Source: Selaginella moellendorffii
Lineage: Eukaryota; Plantae; Lycopodiophyta
Assembly: GCF_000143415.4 (NCBI RefSeq)
Contig: NW_003314291.1
Span: 1,406,517-1,470,516, forward strand
Direction of reading: 5' to 3'
Length of the DNA: 64,000 nucleotides
A model generated the notes under the pieces. The model did not search any database. It was not told where the DNA came from and saw only the letters and a list, made by a program, of their open reading frames with translations. Of the stretch, positions 62,559-64,000 are shown piece by piece; positions within the stretch are counted from its first letter, which is position 1, and the number at the start of each line of letters is the position of its first letter. A program made the position numbers and the translations under genes.

Positions 62559-63003
62559 ATGGCGTCGGCGGCGGTAAAGAAGTTCGTTCCAATCCTGGAC
62601 AAGGTGCTGCTGGAGAAGATCGATTTCAAGGACATAACATCCGCCGGCCTCTATCTCCCCGCGCGGCTGCGCTTGAGCAAGGTTGTTCTTTCTCCACTTG
62701 TGAGACTTGTCCCTCATGATTCTTGTCTGTGGTTCCATAGTGCGTTCCGGCGAGAGTGGTTGCCGTGGGCGGGGGCAAGGTGACGGAGACTGGGAAACGC
62801 ATCCCAAACACTGTCAAGGTCGGGGACACGGTTCTCCTCCCGGATCATCCGGGCACCACCATTCGCCTCTACGACAGGGAGTAAGAACAAGTTCCATGAA
62901 AACATGGATTGATCTTTGAGCCATTGGCAGGTTTGAGCTGTACGAGGACGACGAGATCCTGGCGGTTGTCAAGGAGGACTTGTTCGCGGGCAATAGCTAC
63001 TAG
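62559..63003 (+). CDS. CPN10: 10-kDa chaperonin (GroES/CPN10 family), 3 exons
   Basis: KKFVPILDKVLLEK...TSAGLYLP, VVAVGGG, VKVGDTVLLP, LYEDDEILAVV. Confidence 0.88.
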
Positions 63004-63723
63004 GTAGAGAAAGAGACTGGGAAGGATGCGTCTCAATCGCCCAGGAGAGATTGTTTTGGCTGGAAAGAAGGAAAGAAAAAAGGGGATACTTTAGCAGGAG
63101 CCCCGGAGCATTAACAAGTCGGTCGGTCGGTCGGTCGGGTCAGATCGCAAACAGGAAAGCTAAAGAAAAAACCAAACGGGTCCACAAACAAAGCCACTTT
63201 GGTGACACAGACTGCTCGCTCCAACGCAGTGACACCTCACAGTAACTTATCAGCTCGGCATCGATCAACAAGAGATCCCCGAGTTAAGCAAGTAACAGCT
63301 CTCTCCTCTTATACCTCCTGTCGGACACCCATTTTAGTTGTGCATTGCAAGGCACGACAAAGGCTCTCTCGAAGTCTTTTGCTTTGTAACAAGGCTGCGA
63401 ATATCCACGCATCCACAAGCTGCCCGCTTCCAAAAATGAGCTTTTTCTCAGTCGCCCAAGTACGCATACGCGAGAAAGAAAGAGCCTCGCAGATTTATTT
63501 CCCATCCATTGCTTGCTTCCTGGGTGGCCTAGCTGCTTTTCTCGTTGGATCGGGATTCCCCAGCGCATTTCCACGCTTTTAGCCCAATTGTGAATGCTCT
63601 CCCCTCTCCTGGAGAGCGCGCTGTCCCATCACCAGATGAAAGACTCTGGAACATAAAAACGAGCTCATCAAGCGCCTCTCTTAACCTTAGTGCAATCTAT
63701 ATACTACTTGCATACTGTGACAG

Positions 63724-63727
<4 letters not shown>

Positions 63728-63769
<42 letters not shown>
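63728..63769 (+). repeat. (GA)n microsatellite, about 21 units
   Basis: Perfect GA run just upstream of the GH17 ATG. Confidence 0.97.
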
Positions 63770-63772
<3 letters not shown>

Positions 63773-63818
63773 CTAGCTAGCAAGCTCGAGAGCTCTTGTT
63801 CCAGCCTGCGTCAACGAA

Positions 63819-64000
63819 ATGAAGAGCCTTCTGCTGCTGCTGCTTCTAGTGCTGCTGCTTCTCCACGAGTCTGAGTCTGCAAGTAAGTGTCAAAGAGGAA
63901 GAAACCGTCTCAAAGTTTTTGCTCACCCGCGTCTTGTTCTGTGTGATTCGTCCCAGCTGACAATCCCATCGGTGTCAACTATGGAACACGCGGGAACAAC
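63819..64000 (+). CDS. Beta-1,3-glucanase (GH17), 5' end only
   Basis: Signal peptide MKSLLLLLLL..., intron 63883-63956, then IGVNYGTRGNN; continues beyond the window. Confidence 0.85.
   Translation, partial: MKSLLLLLLLVLLLLHESESASKCQRGRNRLKVFAHPRLVLCDSSQLTIPSVSTMEHAGT

Overview
This is plant nuclear DNA, very gene-dense, with introns mostly 50-80 nt and PPR genes built from tandem short (SS-type) motifs. It is most consistent with a lycophyte such as Selaginella (inference, not verified). The 1-31.8 kb and 57.4-64 kb segments hold mostly conserved spliced genes: NOG1-like GTPase, FIP-like Zn finger, cationic amino acid transporter, POLLUX-like/PEC channel, CPSF30-YTH, an LRR + alpha/beta-hydrolase, filament-like plant protein, two class III peroxidases, an RBPMS/NSR-like RRM gene, SelH-like, MED32, PLS-E PPRs, RECQ2, CPN10 and the start of a GH17 glucanase. 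The 31.8-40.2 kb accessory block carries an intact, intronless Crinkler(CR)-type P-loop NTPase + restriction-endonuclease-fold gene, a convergent decayed CR gene of another subtype, and relics of an unknown gene family. A purple acid phosphatase follows at 40.3-42.9 kb. The 44.6-56.6 kb segment is a retroelement nest: a decayed Ty3/Gypsy carrying a 5S-rRNA-containing Cassandra-type TRIM, and a full-length chromovirus with tiny LTRs that split a PPR gene. The most notable items are the CR NTPase-REase locus, the Cassandra-like element, and an RRM gene with one U12 AT-AC intron plus three GC-AG introns. Exon boundaries and family calls were made by eye, without database searches.
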